64,000 bases of DNA from an uncultured Acidobacteriota bacterium (GCA_963800895.1 CAWDDA010000015.1:231003-295002); one strand, 5' to 3'; counted from the first letter of the stretch, positions 50,906-62,340 are shown. Numbers and translations: made by a program. The notes: generated from the letters alone by a model not told the origin.

Positions 50906-51523
50906 TTAAGACTGAAGCTCCTCGCGCAAATGCGCCAAAGTCCTTGCCAGCTGTTGGTGTCCGCGATTGAGTCGCGACGCCACAGTCCCCGGTGAACAAT
51001 CGAGCACGGCTGCCATTTCGTCATATGAGAAATCCTCAAAATATTTCAACAGGATGACGAGTCGCAGTTTCGGACTGAGAGTCGCTACGGCTTCCCGTAC
51101 GCGCGCTCCCAGCTCCCTCCGGCCGACTCGGTCCTCGATCGAAACGACGCTTCTCGATGCAATGCTCTGCCGGCTGTCTTCATCCCAGGGAAGGAAGCGC
51201 CGTTTCCGCCGGTGCTCATCCATACACACGTTTGCGACCAGCCGATAGAGCCAGGTGGTGAACTCTGAGTTGAAGCGGAATTGCCGGATCGAATCGAAGA
51301 GTTTTAGAAAGACCTGCTGAGTAATATCAGATGCCATCGCCTCATCACTGCAAAAGTGGTAGGCGATCGTGTAGGTCCGGTCCCGGTAAGTTTCGAAGAG
51401 CAGCCGGAATGCATCGCGGTCGCCTTCCTGACAAGCTCTGATCACTTTGACATCGGGGAAGTCTTCCGCGTCATCGCTCTTCATCATTCTTCGGCTCACC
51501 AGCCCAATCGAACCGCTTCCCAT
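50906..51523 (-). CDS. ECF (RpoE-like) sigma-70 family factor
   Basis: Region 2 (FRLLFETYRDRTYTIAYHF) and region 4 (LKYFEDFSYDEMAAVLDCSPGTVASRL). Confidence 0.85.
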   Translation of the reverse strand: MGSGSIGLVSRRMMKSDDAEDFPDVKVIRACQEGDRDAFRLLFETYRDRTYTIAYHFCSDEAMASDITQQVFLKLFDSIRQFRFNSEFTTWLYRLVANVCMDEHRRKRRFLPWDEDSRQSIASRSVVSIEDRVGRRELGARVREAVATLSPKLRLVILLKYFEDFSYDEMAAVLDCSPGTVASRLNRGHQQLARTLAHLREELQS

Positions 51524-51584
51524 TGCAGTCGACCTTTAGACGCGGCACGCCCGTATTTTCTTCCCTCAAGGCTCTTTCCGAGCT

Positions 51585-54500
51585 TCACGTGGTCAGACGG
51601 CGGTAGATGCCCGGAAGTCGTTCAGGGAGGCTCATGACATCATCAATGATCGTATACCCAACTTCGCCATAGAGATCCTTGAGCTCGTCCTCTGATTCCC
51701 GGTCAATGGTGATGCAGAAGGGTGTGATTCCGCTAATCTTCGTCTGACGCAGCGCCATCTTTGTGTCTTCACGGGCGTAGCGGGAATCACCATAATCATG
51801 ATCATAAGGTCGACCATCACTGAGCACGATCAGCAGTCTGGTGCGGGCATCCTGGCGCTCGAGCTCCGTTGATGCGTGCCGGATCGCGGCACCAAGGCGC
51901 GTATTGTTGTGATAGGTAATACCGCCAATACGCTTTTCAACCTCTGGTGAGTATTTCTCGCCGAATTGCTTGATCACAAAATACTTCACATTCCGACGGC
52001 CCTCGCTCGTGAATCCCGAGATCGCATAAGCATCCCCCACGGCTTCGAGAGCCTCGCTCATGAGCACCAGACCTTGCTTTTCGATGTCAATGATCTTCTG
52101 GCCCGGACGCGTATAGGGTTGATTGGGATGTCGTGTGATGGTCCGCGCGGTCGATGACGACATATCGAGCAGGAACGAGACTGCTACCTCGCGCTCTCGT
52201 CGAATGCGGCGAATATAGAGCCGATCCGAAGGACGTCCGTTTGTTCTCAGATCGACGTGGTGATCGATCACTGCCTGGAGGTCATAGTCCTCCCCATCGA
52301 TCTCACCTTTTACGCGGCGCAGCGATTCAGGCTTAAGCATCTGGAACTGATGCCGGATTGATGAGATCACCCCGGAGTATTTCGAACGGACCTGATCGAC
52401 AAAGTCACGCGTACCACGTCGATTCTCGCGTTGTATTATGCGGCACCACTTGGAGCGATGATCACAGAGCTCGCGATCCCATTCATCGTAGAAAAAGACC
52501 ACATCTCCTTCCTGAAGCTCCTGTTCACTGCTCTCAGAATTCAACAGATCTTCGAAAATGTCCGCTTCGAGCGGCGCAGTCTCTTCAACCGGGTCGGACC
52601 ACTGAGTAAACGGGTCGAGTGACCGCGGCTGCTGCTGGGACGCGCGCTGTTCCCGGCTGCGGGCTGACTCGTCGCTCGCTTCCGATTCGTCGGGGCTCGC
52701 CTCGTCGCTTTCTTCAGCCTCGCGCTCCGCGTCATCCTGCTGCTGTTGCTGGCCGATCAGATTGTAGACGCGGAAAGTCGCCACCAAAGTGTCGGCCACT
52801 GTTGCATTCTCGCGTCGCAGGCATTCCGTGATGATGCGCGTGAATTCGGTTATCACGCGGTCATACGCCGTACGCACTTTCTCTTCTATGACGCCTCCGC
52901 AGAGAGTGATCTGAAAAAGTATCTCGTAGATCGCCTGTTCTACAGGCAGCTCGAACACGGGTGGACGGTGCTCAATCAGACGCGCCCGCACAAAATCGAG
53001 ATCTCGTCGTATTCCTCGATAGCAAGATCTTAAGAGATAATCGATACGGCCATTCTCGAGAGTCGTGAAAATCCTTGTTGCGAGACCCTGGTTCGGAAAT
53101 CTGTGGAGTACGATCCGGTAAGTGACGCTTTCAATGTCATCAGAGCTAAGCGCCGGCCTGATCCGATGCTCGACATGCCGAGAATCGGAATACGCTGCGA
53201 ACTCAAGATCACCCTCATCCGGTTTGGCTGACTGTCTCGACGCGCTTTCACTCTCTGCGCGTCGCTCTACGTCTGTAAAGAAGCGGTCTACTTCACGAAT
53301 CGTAGCTTTGAGCTCGTCGGTAGCCGCCTCCCGGGTGCGAAATTCTATCTGTCCTGCTGCATGCGCCGCGAGCACCTTATAGAGTTTGAAATCATCTTCA
53401 GCCGAACCGAACTCAGCTACCGCCGAAGGGAGGTTTATGGTGTGGCCGTCACCGATGCGCGACTCTTCGGGGATAGCGCCTATGGGCGCAATTACCATCT
53501 CGCGTCCTGTCAATCCTTCGACGTAAAGGCGAAGCAGATGGGCGATCGATTCGAGCGTCACACCCTCATTGGAGCCCCTGAGAATTTCCTGGCTCGTCTT
53601 CGACTCCAGCGCGAAATATGCCTGTGCTCGACGCCGATCCTGCCGGTGAACCTGGACACCTGCACGCGCCCAACTCTGAAACTGATCGAGCGATGCTCGC
53701 GCAATTGCTCGCGGAGAGCTCTTGAAGCACTCGAGTGCAAGATGCACGTTCATAGCTGTCAGCTCTTCGACGATCTCCAGAACTGCGGCTATTGCCGCGT
53801 GGCTCTTATCAGCGCCCGATCTGCGCATCCGGGGAATTGAAAGTGCGGCGACCACTTTTGGTGTCAGCTTTAGAAAGTCATAGACGAGCGCGTTGCCTTC
53901 ATCGGCAACTTTGCCGACAACGCGATTCCATCTGTCAAAGCTCTGCACGCCACCAAATTCGACAACTGAGCGTGCAGATCTAAAGAACTGGAGAGCAGTC
54001 GCGCCTCCACGGTCGAGGTAGAAAGCGGTTTGCTGAGCAAGCAGCTCGATCTCCGCCGGACGCTCGATGAATTCGAGCCCCTCGCCAACCGTTGAGAGGA
54101 ATTCCGCTGCCGTAGCGCCGGTCCGGCTGGCGAATTGTTCTGCCAGGTTTACAACAGATGTTGTCGGACGTTCGGCTGATGTCGTGTCGATGTCCAGCCT
54201 GGCTTCGAGAGCATGCAATGCGACGAGCGCGCGGGGAGAAGCCTCGAGCACTTCGGTGCTGTGTTTAACCGATCGCTGAGCGACTTCAACTGCGATCCCA
54301 AAAATGCGCACTGCGGCCTGTTCATCCCGCAGTTCGGCAAAAATCTGCGGAGCCGATCGAAATGTAGCGAGACAGGCTGCCGGCGAGAGGACGATCTGAC
54401 GGCTGCAGAGCGAGATCAGGACGGGCCGCAGCTTCTCTGGTAGAAATGAGAATGTGCTCGCAGAAGTGCGAAAGAAATCTGAAGCCTCATCCGCATTATT

Positions 54501-54763
54501 GAGGGCTATCCGGCGTCCAAGCTCCGCCCAGGCGCGTAGGTCGCTGCTTTCGAGCAGGCGGCCGATTTCGGGTGCGCATTTAAAGAAGTCGACGGTTGTC
54601 TTGAGGAGATACCCGCGAGCGAGGCGCCGATATCGACCGCCACCCAGGCGCGCTCTGACGGGTTAAGGCCCATCTTCACTGCGAGAGCTTCAATTGTCCC
54701 TCGGGTCGCGCCTTTCAGCTGTTCGGCGATCGGACCGGTTCCGCCTTTTTTCTCTTCTGACAT
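51585..54763 (-). CDS. NorD/CbbO-like VWA-domain protein, frameshift near 54608-54616
   Basis: C-terminal VWA domain with MIDAS DMSSS. The ORF 54506..54763 joins the open frame upstream of 54311 (..[18 protein letters not shown]..). Confidence 0.7.
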
Positions 54764-54778
54764 TGAGTTTGAACCGGC

Positions 54779-55615
54779 TCAGATCACGGTGGTGATGATC
54801 TCTCGAATTGACCGGTGAAGTTCCGCGTCGTCTGTTATCGGGCTTGAGATTGCGGTTTCGCAGGCGACGATCGGATTGATCCCCTTGGCGATCAGCTGCG
54901 CCGAATACACCAGCAGGCGGGTGGAGACGCCTTCTTCGAGCCCGTGCCCCTTTAAATTTCTGACCTTCTCTCCGATCTTCACAAGGTCGCGTGCCATGTT
55001 TTCATCGATCGCGCCTTCACGAGCAACGATCTGCACTTCCGCCTCGGCGGGCGGGTAGTTGAACTCCATGGAGACAAATCGCTGCCTGGTCGACTGCTTC
55101 AAATCTTTAAGCACGCTCTGATAGCCTGGATTGTAGGAGATCACAAGCATGAATGATTCTGGAGCTGAAAGCAGCTCACCGCGTTTCTCGACCGGCAGAA
55201 TTCTTCGATCATCGGTTAAGGGATGAATCAGGACGATCGTGTCTTTGCGCGCCTCGACCACTTCATCGAGGTAACAGATCGCGCCGTGTCTGACTGCGGT
55301 TGTCAGTGGACCGTCGTGCCAGATCGTCTCATCCCCTTCGAGCAGGTATCGGCCGACGAGGTCCGTTGCCGAGAGGTCTTCGTGGCACGCTACGGTTACC
55401 AGCGGACGGCCCAGCCGGTACGCCATCGATTCCACGAAGCGCGTCTTTCCACACCCGGTGGGACCCTTGAGCATCACCGGAAGCTTTGATCGGAATGCGG
55501 TCTCGAAGATCTCGGCCTCATTGCGGATCTCGAGATAGTATGGTTCACGAGTGATGCGGTATTTATCGATTGCGGGTTCAACGATTGTACCCGGGTTGTT
55601 CAAGGGTTGTGTCAT
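54779..55615 (-). CDS. CbbQ/NorQ/NirQ family MoxR-type AAA+ ATPase
   Basis: [17 protein letters not shown] Walker A and a [11 protein letters not shown] Walker B region. Confidence 0.85.
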   Translation of the reverse strand: MTQPLNNPGTIVEPAIDKYRITREPYYLEIRNEAEIFETAFRSKLPVMLKGPTGCGKTRFVESMAYRLGRPLVTVACHEDLSATDLVGRYLLEGDETIWHDGPLTTAVRHGAICYLDEVVEARKDTIVLIHPLTDDRRILPVEKRGELLSAPESFMLVISYNPGYQSVLKDLKQSTRQRFVSMEFNYPPAEAEVQIVAREGAIDENMARDLVKIGEKVRNLKGHGLEEGVSTRLLVYSAQLIAKGINPIVACETAISSPITDDAELHRSIREIITTVI

Positions 55616-55753
55616 TGTCGCGTATGATCCGTTCGATAGTCAGGGTCCTTCTATTCATGATTCATCGTATCTAAGCGTGCTAGAATCAAGCTTACATCTT
55701 AACATTGTATAAAACGTATTGGTCAAATCAGTGCGTGATTTGAAGGTGGTTGA

Positions 55754-56836
55754 ATGATTGCAGTAGCCATGAGCGGCGGGGTCGATAGCTCGACGACCGC
55801 GGCCATTCTCAGGAACCAGGGCGAAGAGCTGGTTGGATTCTCGATGCAGCTCTGGAACCAGCGCCGCATCAATGTCGATGCGGAGGGTGAGCCTCTGCCT
55901 TCGCGTTGCTGTTCTTTGGACGATCTTTATGACGCCCGCGTAGTTGCTGCGAAACTCGGGTTTCCGTTCTACGTGATCAACCTCGAGGACGCATTTGAGC
56001 GAGATGTTGTTCGGCCCTTCGTATCAAACTATCTTGCAGGACTGACACCGAGCCCGTGCGTTGCGTGCAATTCATTTCTCAAGTTCGACAAACTGGTTGA
56101 GCTGGCAAAAGGGGTTGGCGCAGAAAAGGTCGCGACGGGCCACTATGCTCGCGTTCGCTTTGACGATGAGACAGGGCGGTGGCTTCTGTTGCGCTCGGTC
56201 AACCGCGAGAAGGACCAGTCATACTTTCTCTTTGAGTTGACGCAGGAGCAGTTGAGTTATGCGCTCTTTCCTCTTGGAGAAATGACAAAGCTGGAAGTGC
56301 GTGCAGTTGCCGAGCGCGAAGGTTTGCCGACGGCGCAGAAGCCCGAAAGCCAGGAGATTTGCTTCGTTCCTGATGGCGACTATGCGCGCTTTATAGATCG
56401 CTACCTTGAGAGTGATACTCCAGCAACTGGCGAGATCGTCTCACAGGAAGGCCGCGTTCTCGGCAGGCACTCCGGAATTCATCACTATACGGTTGGGCAG
56501 CGAAAGGGGCTGGGTATCGCTGCGCCAGATCCACTTTATGTTGTTCAGATTGATGCACCGCAGAATCGTGTTGTTGTTGGCCAACGGGAAGCTCTACTCA
56601 AGTCAGAAATGCGGGTCGTTCGAACGAACTGGATTGCATTCGAGACCCTCGAAGAGCCTCGCGCGGTCAACGCCAGGATCCGTTCGCGCGCCGGTGAAGC
56701 TCCCGCTCGCATATCCCCCTGCGAGGACGGCTCAGTGCTTGTGAAATTTGACGAGCCTCAGCGCGCCATCACTCCCGGACAAGCCGCGGTCTTTTACGAT
56801 GGAGATGTGGTGATTGGGGGAGGGTGGATCTCTTAG
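55754..56836 (+). CDS. mnmA: tRNA 2-thiouridine(34) synthase
   Basis: [11 protein letters not shown]-loop, CNSFLKF, ATGHYAR and KDQSYFL motifs. Confidence 0.95.
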   Translation: MIAVAMSGGVDSSTTAAILRNQGEELVGFSMQLWNQRRINVDAEGEPLPSRCCSLDDLYDARVVAAKLGFPFYVINLEDAFERDVVRPFVSNYLAGLTPSPCVACNSFLKFDKLVELAKGVGAEKVATGHYARVRFDDETGRWLLLRSVNREKDQSYFLFELTQEQLSYALFPLGEMTKLEVRAVAEREGLPTAQKPESQEICFVPDGDYARFIDRYLESDTPATGEIVSQEGRVLGRHSGIHHYTVGQRKGLGIAAPDPLYVVQIDAPQNRVVVGQREALLKSEMRVVRTNWIAFETLEEPRAVNARIRSRAGEAPARISPCEDGSVLVKFDEPQRAITPGQAAVFYDGDVVIGGGWIS

Positions 56837-56837
56837 A

Positions 56838-56985
56838 AGAAGAAGGTGCTGAGTGCTGAGTGCTGGGTGCTGAGTATGGAGTTCAAGCTTTTAGCTTGCT
56901 CTTGGCCCAATCGAATTTGACGACAGCAAGCTAAAGCTTGAACTCCATACTCAGCACTCAGCACTCAGCACTCAGCACCTTCTTC
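56838..56985. repeat. nested-palindrome repeat, family A copy 6 (GTGCTGAGT-type outer arms, 148 nt)
   Basis: The left arm 56838-56900 pairs with the right arm 56925-56985. The right end overlaps the stop codon of the VWA gene. Confidence 0.95.
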
Positions 56986-57910
56986 AGTACTCCGCCTCGC
57001 TACCCCGTGCGACGTAGCCTTTCCTTGCGCGGACAGCGAGTTTGATTCCAGGGTGTGGTGGTTTTACGTCAACCCTGAGCCGGCGCATGCTTCCGTCGGC
57101 GACAAAATCCGAAGGCTGATAAGCAATCGAGTAGGATCGCCTTACCTCATTTGCGATCCGTCCAAACGCTTCATCGAGACCATCTGCATTTACTGGAAAG
57201 AACGCGCGGCCCCCGGAGCTTGATGCCATTTCTTTGAGAATTGCACGTGCCGGACTGTGAGGTATGATCGAGCCAACCATAACGGTATAGACCAGGACTC
57301 CTGACTCGATGATTCGGCGTCGAAGTTCCCTGAATCCGAGCCGCGATTGATTGTCTTCTCCATCACTAAGAATAATCAGGGCGCGGCGCCGGTGGCGTGC
57401 CTGCTCGAATGTTTCGATCGCTTCGCAACTCGCGTCGTATAGTGCCGTATCGCCGCGAGGCTCGATCTGCTTCAGTTTCTCAAACAGCGACTCGCGGTCA
57501 GGCGAGCCGCGAGTTACAAGTCTCAATTTAGAATCGAATCCGAAGATGAAGTATTCGTCCTCAGGATGGCTGGTCTCTACTAATCTCTCAAGCGCCTGGC
57601 GTGCGAGCGCGATTCGGCCTCCGACCATTGAGCCGGAGAGATCGAAGACTACGCCGACCGATGCCGGACCGTCATCGCGACTGAAGTAACTTATTTGCTG
57701 TTCGACATGATTGTCGGAGATGCGGAAATGGTCGGCATCGAGTCCCGAAAGCGCGCGTCCCTGCTGATCGGTTACTACAACTGTGACTGAGACAACACGC
57801 GTATTGAGAACGATCCTTTGATCGCGCTCAACCGGCTGCGCGTGTGCTGACGTCATCAGCAGGCAGACTCCCGCCGCTGTGAGCAATATCCCGGGTTGAT
57901 GGACTCTCAT
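56984..57910 (-). CDS. secreted VWA-domain protein (acidobacterial VWFA-related type)
   Basis: Signal peptide, VVFDLSGSM MIDAS motif, and ILSDGEDN. Confidence 0.8.
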   Translation of the reverse strand: MRVHQPGILLTAAGVCLLMTSAHAQPVERDQRIVLNTRVVSVTVVVTDQQGRALSGLDADHFRISDNHVEQQISYFSRDDGPASVGVVFDLSGSMVGGRIALARQALERLVETSHPEDEYFIFGFDSKLRLVTRGSPDRESLFEKLKQIEPRGDTALYDASCEAIETFEQARHRRRALIILSDGEDNQSRLGFRELRRRIIESGVLVYTVMVGSIIPHSPARAILKEMASSSGGRAFFPVNADGLDEAFGRIANEVRRSYSIAYQPSDFVADGSMRRLRVDVKPPHPGIKLAVRARKGYVARGSEAEY

Positions 57911-58039
57911 AACGACTATCAGTCAATAAGTTAGTCAGTCGTTCTGGCTACTTAGGATAGCACCATTCCGCGGGAGTGGGGCATAATTAACTCTTTGAAA
58001 GAATTCAACGTGTTTCAGACTTGTCAGGGAGGAAGAGAG

Positions 58040-58870
58040 ATGAGACCAACTCGTTTCGTGCTTTTTGCGGGTGCACTGATTTCGCTGCTTTGCGCCCTTG
58101 CCTGTTCCGGCGGAAGCACTGATCAGGGAGCTGTGACTCCTACACCCGAAAAGGCAGGCGGGCCCGTTTACTCGCCTTCAGGAAACGAAGGCAACATTAA
58201 AGGTTCAATAGCTTTCAAAGGGACAACTCCTGATCCGAGAAAGATACAGATGGGATCCGATCCCGTATGCGAGCAGAAAGCTCAGGGCGCCACTTTTGAG
58301 GATATGCTCGTGAAGGACGGCAAACTCGCTAACGTGTTTGTCTATGTCAAGTCAGGGTTGCCGGAGAACACATTCCCGGCACCTTCTACCGAAGTGGTAC
58401 TCGATCAGGTTGGTTGCCGCTACGTCCCGCATGTATTCGGACTTCAGACGAACCAGACCTTGAAGATACTCAATTCCGATGCGACCGCTCACAACGTTCA
58501 TCCAGTTCCAAAGAACAATCGCGAGTGGAACGAAAACCAGTACCCGAGTGCTCCTCCTTTAATGAAGAAGTTCGCTGAACCAGACCTGCTCATTCCGATC
58601 AAGTGCAATCAGCATTCGTGGATGAAGGCATATGCTGGCGTTCTGCGTCATCCATTCTTCGCCGTCAGCGGAGCTGATGGCTCGTTCGCTATCACGGGCC
58701 TTCCTCCGGGAGAATATGAAGTTGAAGCCTGGCACGAGAAGCTGGGCACCAAGGTCGGAAAGGTGACGGTCAAAGAGAAAGCGGACGTAGATCTGGCTTT
58801 TGAATTTGACCAGTCGGCGATTTCACAGGCGGGTTCGCTCAAGGTGCAACCCGCGCTGGTCGTTCCCTGA
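58040..58870 (+). CDS. lipoprotein with cupredoxin-like and CarboxypepD_reg-like segments
   Basis: LLCALACSG lipobox, GGGAGGAAG RBS, and C-terminal GSFAITGLPPGEYEVEAWHE. Confidence 0.5.
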   Translation: MRPTRFVLFAGALISLLCALACSGGSTDQGAVTPTPEKAGGPVYSPSGNEGNIKGSIAFKGTTPDPRKIQMGSDPVCEQKAQGATFEDMLVKDGKLANVFVYVKSGLPENTFPAPSTEVVLDQVGCRYVPHVFGLQTNQTLKILNSDATAHNVHPVPKNNREWNENQYPSAPPLMKKFAEPDLLIPIKCNQHSWMKAYAGVLRHPFFAVSGADGSFAITGLPPGEYEVEAWHEKLGTKVGKVTVKEKADVDLAFEFDQSAISQAGSLKVQPALVVP

Positions 58871-58881
58871 TCGGTTGTCCG

Positions 58882-59694
58882 ATGGGCAGATTACTGGGAA
58901 CAGCCATCTTATTGATCACATTGATCACTATCGCAGCCTTTGCGACGGGACGTTGGTGGTTTCCTCCATCAGCCGCGTCGCACGGGGCTGCAATCGACGG
59001 TCAGTTCAAACTCACGCTCTGGATTGTTGCCATCGCGTTTGCCGCCGCTCAACTCGCACTCGCATTTGCGGTCTGGCGATATCGTGGGACCGCTCACTCA
59101 CGCGCGATTCACAATGATGGCCATACACGTATTGAACTCATTTGCCTCGCCGTGACAGCGGCCGTTTTTGTTACGTTGGCGGTCCTCGGGCAGCGTGTCT
59201 GGGCTGATTTGAGGATTGCAACCGCTCCAGAAGGGGCGCTTGAAGTCGAAGTCATCGGTCAACAGTTTGTCTGGAACTTTCGTTATCCTGGAATTGATGG
59301 GACGTTCGGGCGAACCAATCCCGCACTTTATGATGATGAAAACAATTCTCCGACCGCTCGACCCGGTCCTGCAGGAATAGATAGCAAGGATCCAGCGGGC
59401 AAGGACGATCTAGTGAGCGTCGGTGTGATGACGGTTCCGCTGGGCAGGCCCGTCAAGCTCATCATCCAGTCCAAGGATGTGACTCACAGTTTTTTTGTTC
59501 CCGAGCTAAGGATCAAACAGGACGCGGTCCCAGGCCTCAGGATCGCACTCAATTTCACACCGACGCGGGCGGGTCGATTCGAAATTGCATGCGCCGAGCT
59601 TTGCGGCCTGTCACATCATCGCATGCGGGGATTCCTGGAAATTCGAGAGGCTGCGGAGTTTGATAAATGGCTCCTGGAAAAGGCGAAGGAGTAA
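58882..59694 (+). CDS. coxB: cytochrome c oxidase subunit II
   Basis: DVTHSF and the CuA motif CAELCGLSHHRM. Confidence 0.9.
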   Translation: MGRLLGTAILLITLITIAAFATGRWWFPPSAASHGAAIDGQFKLTLWIVAIAFAAAQLALAFAVWRYRGTAHSRAIHNDGHTRIELICLAVTAAVFVTLAVLGQRVWADLRIATAPEGALEVEVIGQQFVWNFRYPGIDGTFGRTNPALYDDENNSPTARPGPAGIDSKDPAGKDDLVSVGVMTVPLGRPVKLIIQSKDVTHSFFVPELRIKQDAVPGLRIALNFTPTRAGRFEIACAELCGLSHHRMRGFLEIREAAEFDKWLLEKAKE

Positions 59695-59779
59695 AGAAAA
59701 GAAGTTCAACAGAAGGAAACAAAGGTAACGAAGGAATTATCATTTTAGTAACCTGTAACAGTGACTTCGCAAGTCGCCT

Positions 59780-59863
59780 GGGAGCGCCAGGCTCCAGCCT
59801 GGCGCGTCATCGACCAACATTTTAGGCAACAAGACACGCGCCAGGCTGGAGCCTGGCGCTCCC
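59780..59863. repeat. nested-palindrome repeat, family C (perfect 27-bp arms)
   Basis: GGGAGCGCCAGGCTCCAGCCTGGCGCG pairs with CGCGCCAGGCTGGAGCCTGGCGCTCCC. Each arm is itself a dyad, GCGCCAGGCT-CC-AGCCTGGCGC. Confidence 0.95.
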
Positions 59864-59883
59864 GGGCGCTTCAAATCAACGAC

Positions 59884-61644
59884 ATGCCTGACCAAACCGT
59901 TAAGCACGCGACACAACTCGGGTTTCTTCGACGGTACATTTTTAGTCTCGATCACAAGGTCATCGGCATTCAGTACTTTATTCTTGCACTGTCAGCCGCA
60001 CTTATTGGTACCGGGCTTTCGGTACTGATGAGGATGCGACTCGCGTGGCCCGAAATGCGCTGGGGCGTGATTGGAGCCCTGCTCCCAAGAGCGTTTCCTG
60101 GCGGCGTGATGCAGCCGGAGTTTTACCTGGCGCTGATGACGATGCACGGCACGATTATGGTCTTCTTCGTGCTTACGACTGCGCCACAGGGGGCGTTTGG
60201 AAATTACTTTCTTCCAATCCAGATCGGCGCGCGTGATATGGCCTTTCCGGTGCTCAACATGCTTTCGTTCTGGACGACAGTTCTCAGCTTTCTGGTTCTT
60301 CTGGCGGCATTCTTTGTGGAAGGAGGAGCCCCGATAGCCGGTTGGACTTTTTACCCTCCACTGAGTGCCATTCCATCGGCAGGACCCGGACTGGCGGCGG
60401 GCGCCGATCTGTGGCTGATCAGCATCGCCATCTTCTGCATCGGATCGTTGTTCGGCGCTCTCAACTTCATCACGACTGTTCTGACTTTGCGCGCTCGCGG
60501 GATGACGCTTGGACGAATGCCTTTGACAAGCTGGTCATGGTTTATCACAGCAGTGATTGCGCTCCTCGCATTTCCCGTCTTGCTTGCCGGAGGCATCCTT
60601 CTCCTTGGCGAGCGCTGGCTCGGTATGAGTTTCTTCAATCCCGGTGGTCTGGTGATCAGTGGAAAGCAGATCGCAGGTAGCGGAGGCACGCCGCTCTTGT
60701 GGCAGCACCTCTTCTGGTTTTTTGGTCACCCGGAGGTCTATCTGGCGATCCTGCCGGGAATGGGCGTCACCTCCCACGTCTTATCGACCTTTGCGCGCAA
60801 GCCCGTCTTTGGATATCGAGCAATGGTGATTGCTATGTCAGCGATAGCGGTCCTCGGTTTTCTGGTGTGGGGACACCACATGTTCATCAGCGGGATCAAC
60901 CCGGCCTCTTCGATCGCGTTCTCAGTTTTGACACTTGTGATCGGTGTTCCAAGCGCTATCAAGACATTCAACTGGCTGGGGACCTTGTGGGGCGGCAGCA
61001 TCCGTTTCACAACACCGATGCTTTTTGCGATCGGTTTTGTCTCGCTTTTTGTCTCAGGCGGAATCACCGGGTTGATCATAGGGCAGACAAGTCTGGACGT
61101 GTACTTCCACGATACTCACTTCGTCACCGGACACTTTCACTTGATCATGGGAGTGGCTGCGGTTTTTGGCATCTTTTCTGCAACATACTTCTGGTTCCCA
61201 AAGATGACCGGCAGAGCTCTCAATGAAAAGCTCGGGCATCTGCACTTCTGGCTGACGTTTGCTGGAGTTTATGCGATTTTTGTTCCGTTTCATCTGCTGG
61301 GCATGGTTGGACACCCGCGGAGAATCGCAGAGAGCACGGGGTACGATTTTCTCAAGCCCTATGCATCTATGCACGAGTTCATCACGATAGCAGCGATCAT
61401 AACTGCCGTAGCACAGCTGATCTTTCTCGCGAACCTTCTCGTTAGCCTGTTCCGGGGGACAAAGACCGGCGAGAATCCGTGGGAAGCGAGCACGCTCGAA
61501 TGGACGACTTCAAGTCCGCCTCCACACGACAATTTTGGCGAGGCTGAACCGATTGTCTATCGAGGTCCATACGATTTTTCGGTTCCTGGTGCACCACGAG
61601 ATTACGCATTGCAGACGGAAGAACGGACGGGCGACCGACGCTGA
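59884..61644 (+). CDS. ctaD: cytochrome c oxidase subunit I
   Basis: MPDQTV..DHKVIGIQY, WFFGHPEVY and HFHLIMG motifs. The ORF-track extension to 59761 runs through repeat C. Confidence 0.9.
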   Translation: MPDQTVKHATQLGFLRRYIFSLDHKVIGIQYFILALSAALIGTGLSVLMRMRLAWPEMRWGVIGALLPRAFPGGVMQPEFYLALMTMHGTIMVFFVLTTAPQGAFGNYFLPIQIGARDMAFPVLNMLSFWTTVLSFLVLLAAFFVEGGAPIAGWTFYPPLSAIPSAGPGLAAGADLWLISIAIFCIGSLFGALNFITTVLTLRARGMTLGRMPLTSWSWFITAVIALLAFPVLLAGGILLLGERWLGMSFFNPGGLVISGKQIAGSGGTPLLWQHLFWFFGHPEVYLAILPGMGVTSHVLSTFARKPVFGYRAMVIAMSAIAVLGFLVWGHHMFISGINPASSIAFSVLTLVIGVPSAIKTFNWLGTLWGGSIRFTTPMLFAIGFVSLFVSGGITGLIIGQTSLDVYFHDTHFVTGHFHLIMGVAAVFGIFSATYFWFPKMTGRALNEKLGHLHFWLTFAGVYAIFVPFHLLGMVGHPRRIAESTGYDFLKPYASMHEFITIAAIITAVAQLIFLANLLVSLFRGTKTGENPWEASTLEWTTSSPPPHDNFGEAEPIVYRGPYDFSVPGAPRDYALQTEERTGDRR

Positions 61645-61656
61645 CAGAGAGGGATA

Positions 61657-62340
61657 ATGCCGACGACAAGTGTTCCCGGAAAACCCAGGACAAGACATGC
61701 CGGTGATGAGGAGAAGCACGACACTGGTAGGGGCCATTTCGACGACTTGCCACCGGGCTACGGTGGAGATGGCGGGGGTGACGGGAAACCTGAACTTACA
61801 CCGCCGCCTGAGGGCTACCGAATAGGCATCTGGCTTGCTCTTGCCAGCGTGACAATGATGTTCCTCGCACTTTCGAGTGCTTATGTCTTTAACAGCGCTT
61901 ACCGTCCTTTCCTGGAGTTCCCTTCAACGTTCATCGTAAGTACGATCATCGTCCTGACGAGCAGCGTGACGCTGGAGATTTCACGAAGAGCGGTGCGTCG
62001 CCGCTTCGAGCGACGCTTCGAACGCTGGCTAATCGTCACGTTGGTTTTGGGAGTAGGCTTTCTTGCCGCGCAGATGACGGCCTGGTTTCAACTCGTCGGG
62101 AGCGGCTTCTATGTGAATACCAATCGACACAGCGGCTTTGCTTATATCTTCACTGCGCTTCACGCGATTCACGTGCTTGGAGGCATTGGCGCGCTGAGCT
62201 TTGTTCTCATAAAGTCGCGACGGGGGTTGTGGACAGCAGTACGTCGCAGGTCAGCCGTGGGCGCGACAGCGATCTACTGGCATTTTCTTTGTGCTCTCTG
62301 GCTATACATTCTCGTGATGCTTTTTGTCTGGGGAAGTTGA
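61657..62340 (+). CDS. ctaE: heme-copper oxidase subunit III family protein
   Basis: TM-rich with TALHAIHVLGG and YWHFLCALW motifs. Confidence 0.75.
   Translation: MPTTSVPGKPRTRHAGDEEKHDTGRGHFDDLPPGYGGDGGGDGKPELTPPPEGYRIGIWLALASVTMMFLALSSAYVFNSAYRPFLEFPSTFIVSTIIVLTSSVTLEISRRAVRRRFERRFERWLIVTLVLGVGFLAAQMTAWFQLVGSGFYVNTNRHSGFAYIFTALHAIHVLGGIGALSFVLIKSRRGLWTAVRRRSAVGATAIYWHFLCALWLYILVMLFVWGS

Noticed and set aside
59761-59883. N-terminal extension of ctaD (and likewise of larC at 11035-11130)
   Set aside because: The extensions are translations of palindromic repeats. The conserved protein N-termini begin at the internal ATGs (59884 and 11034).
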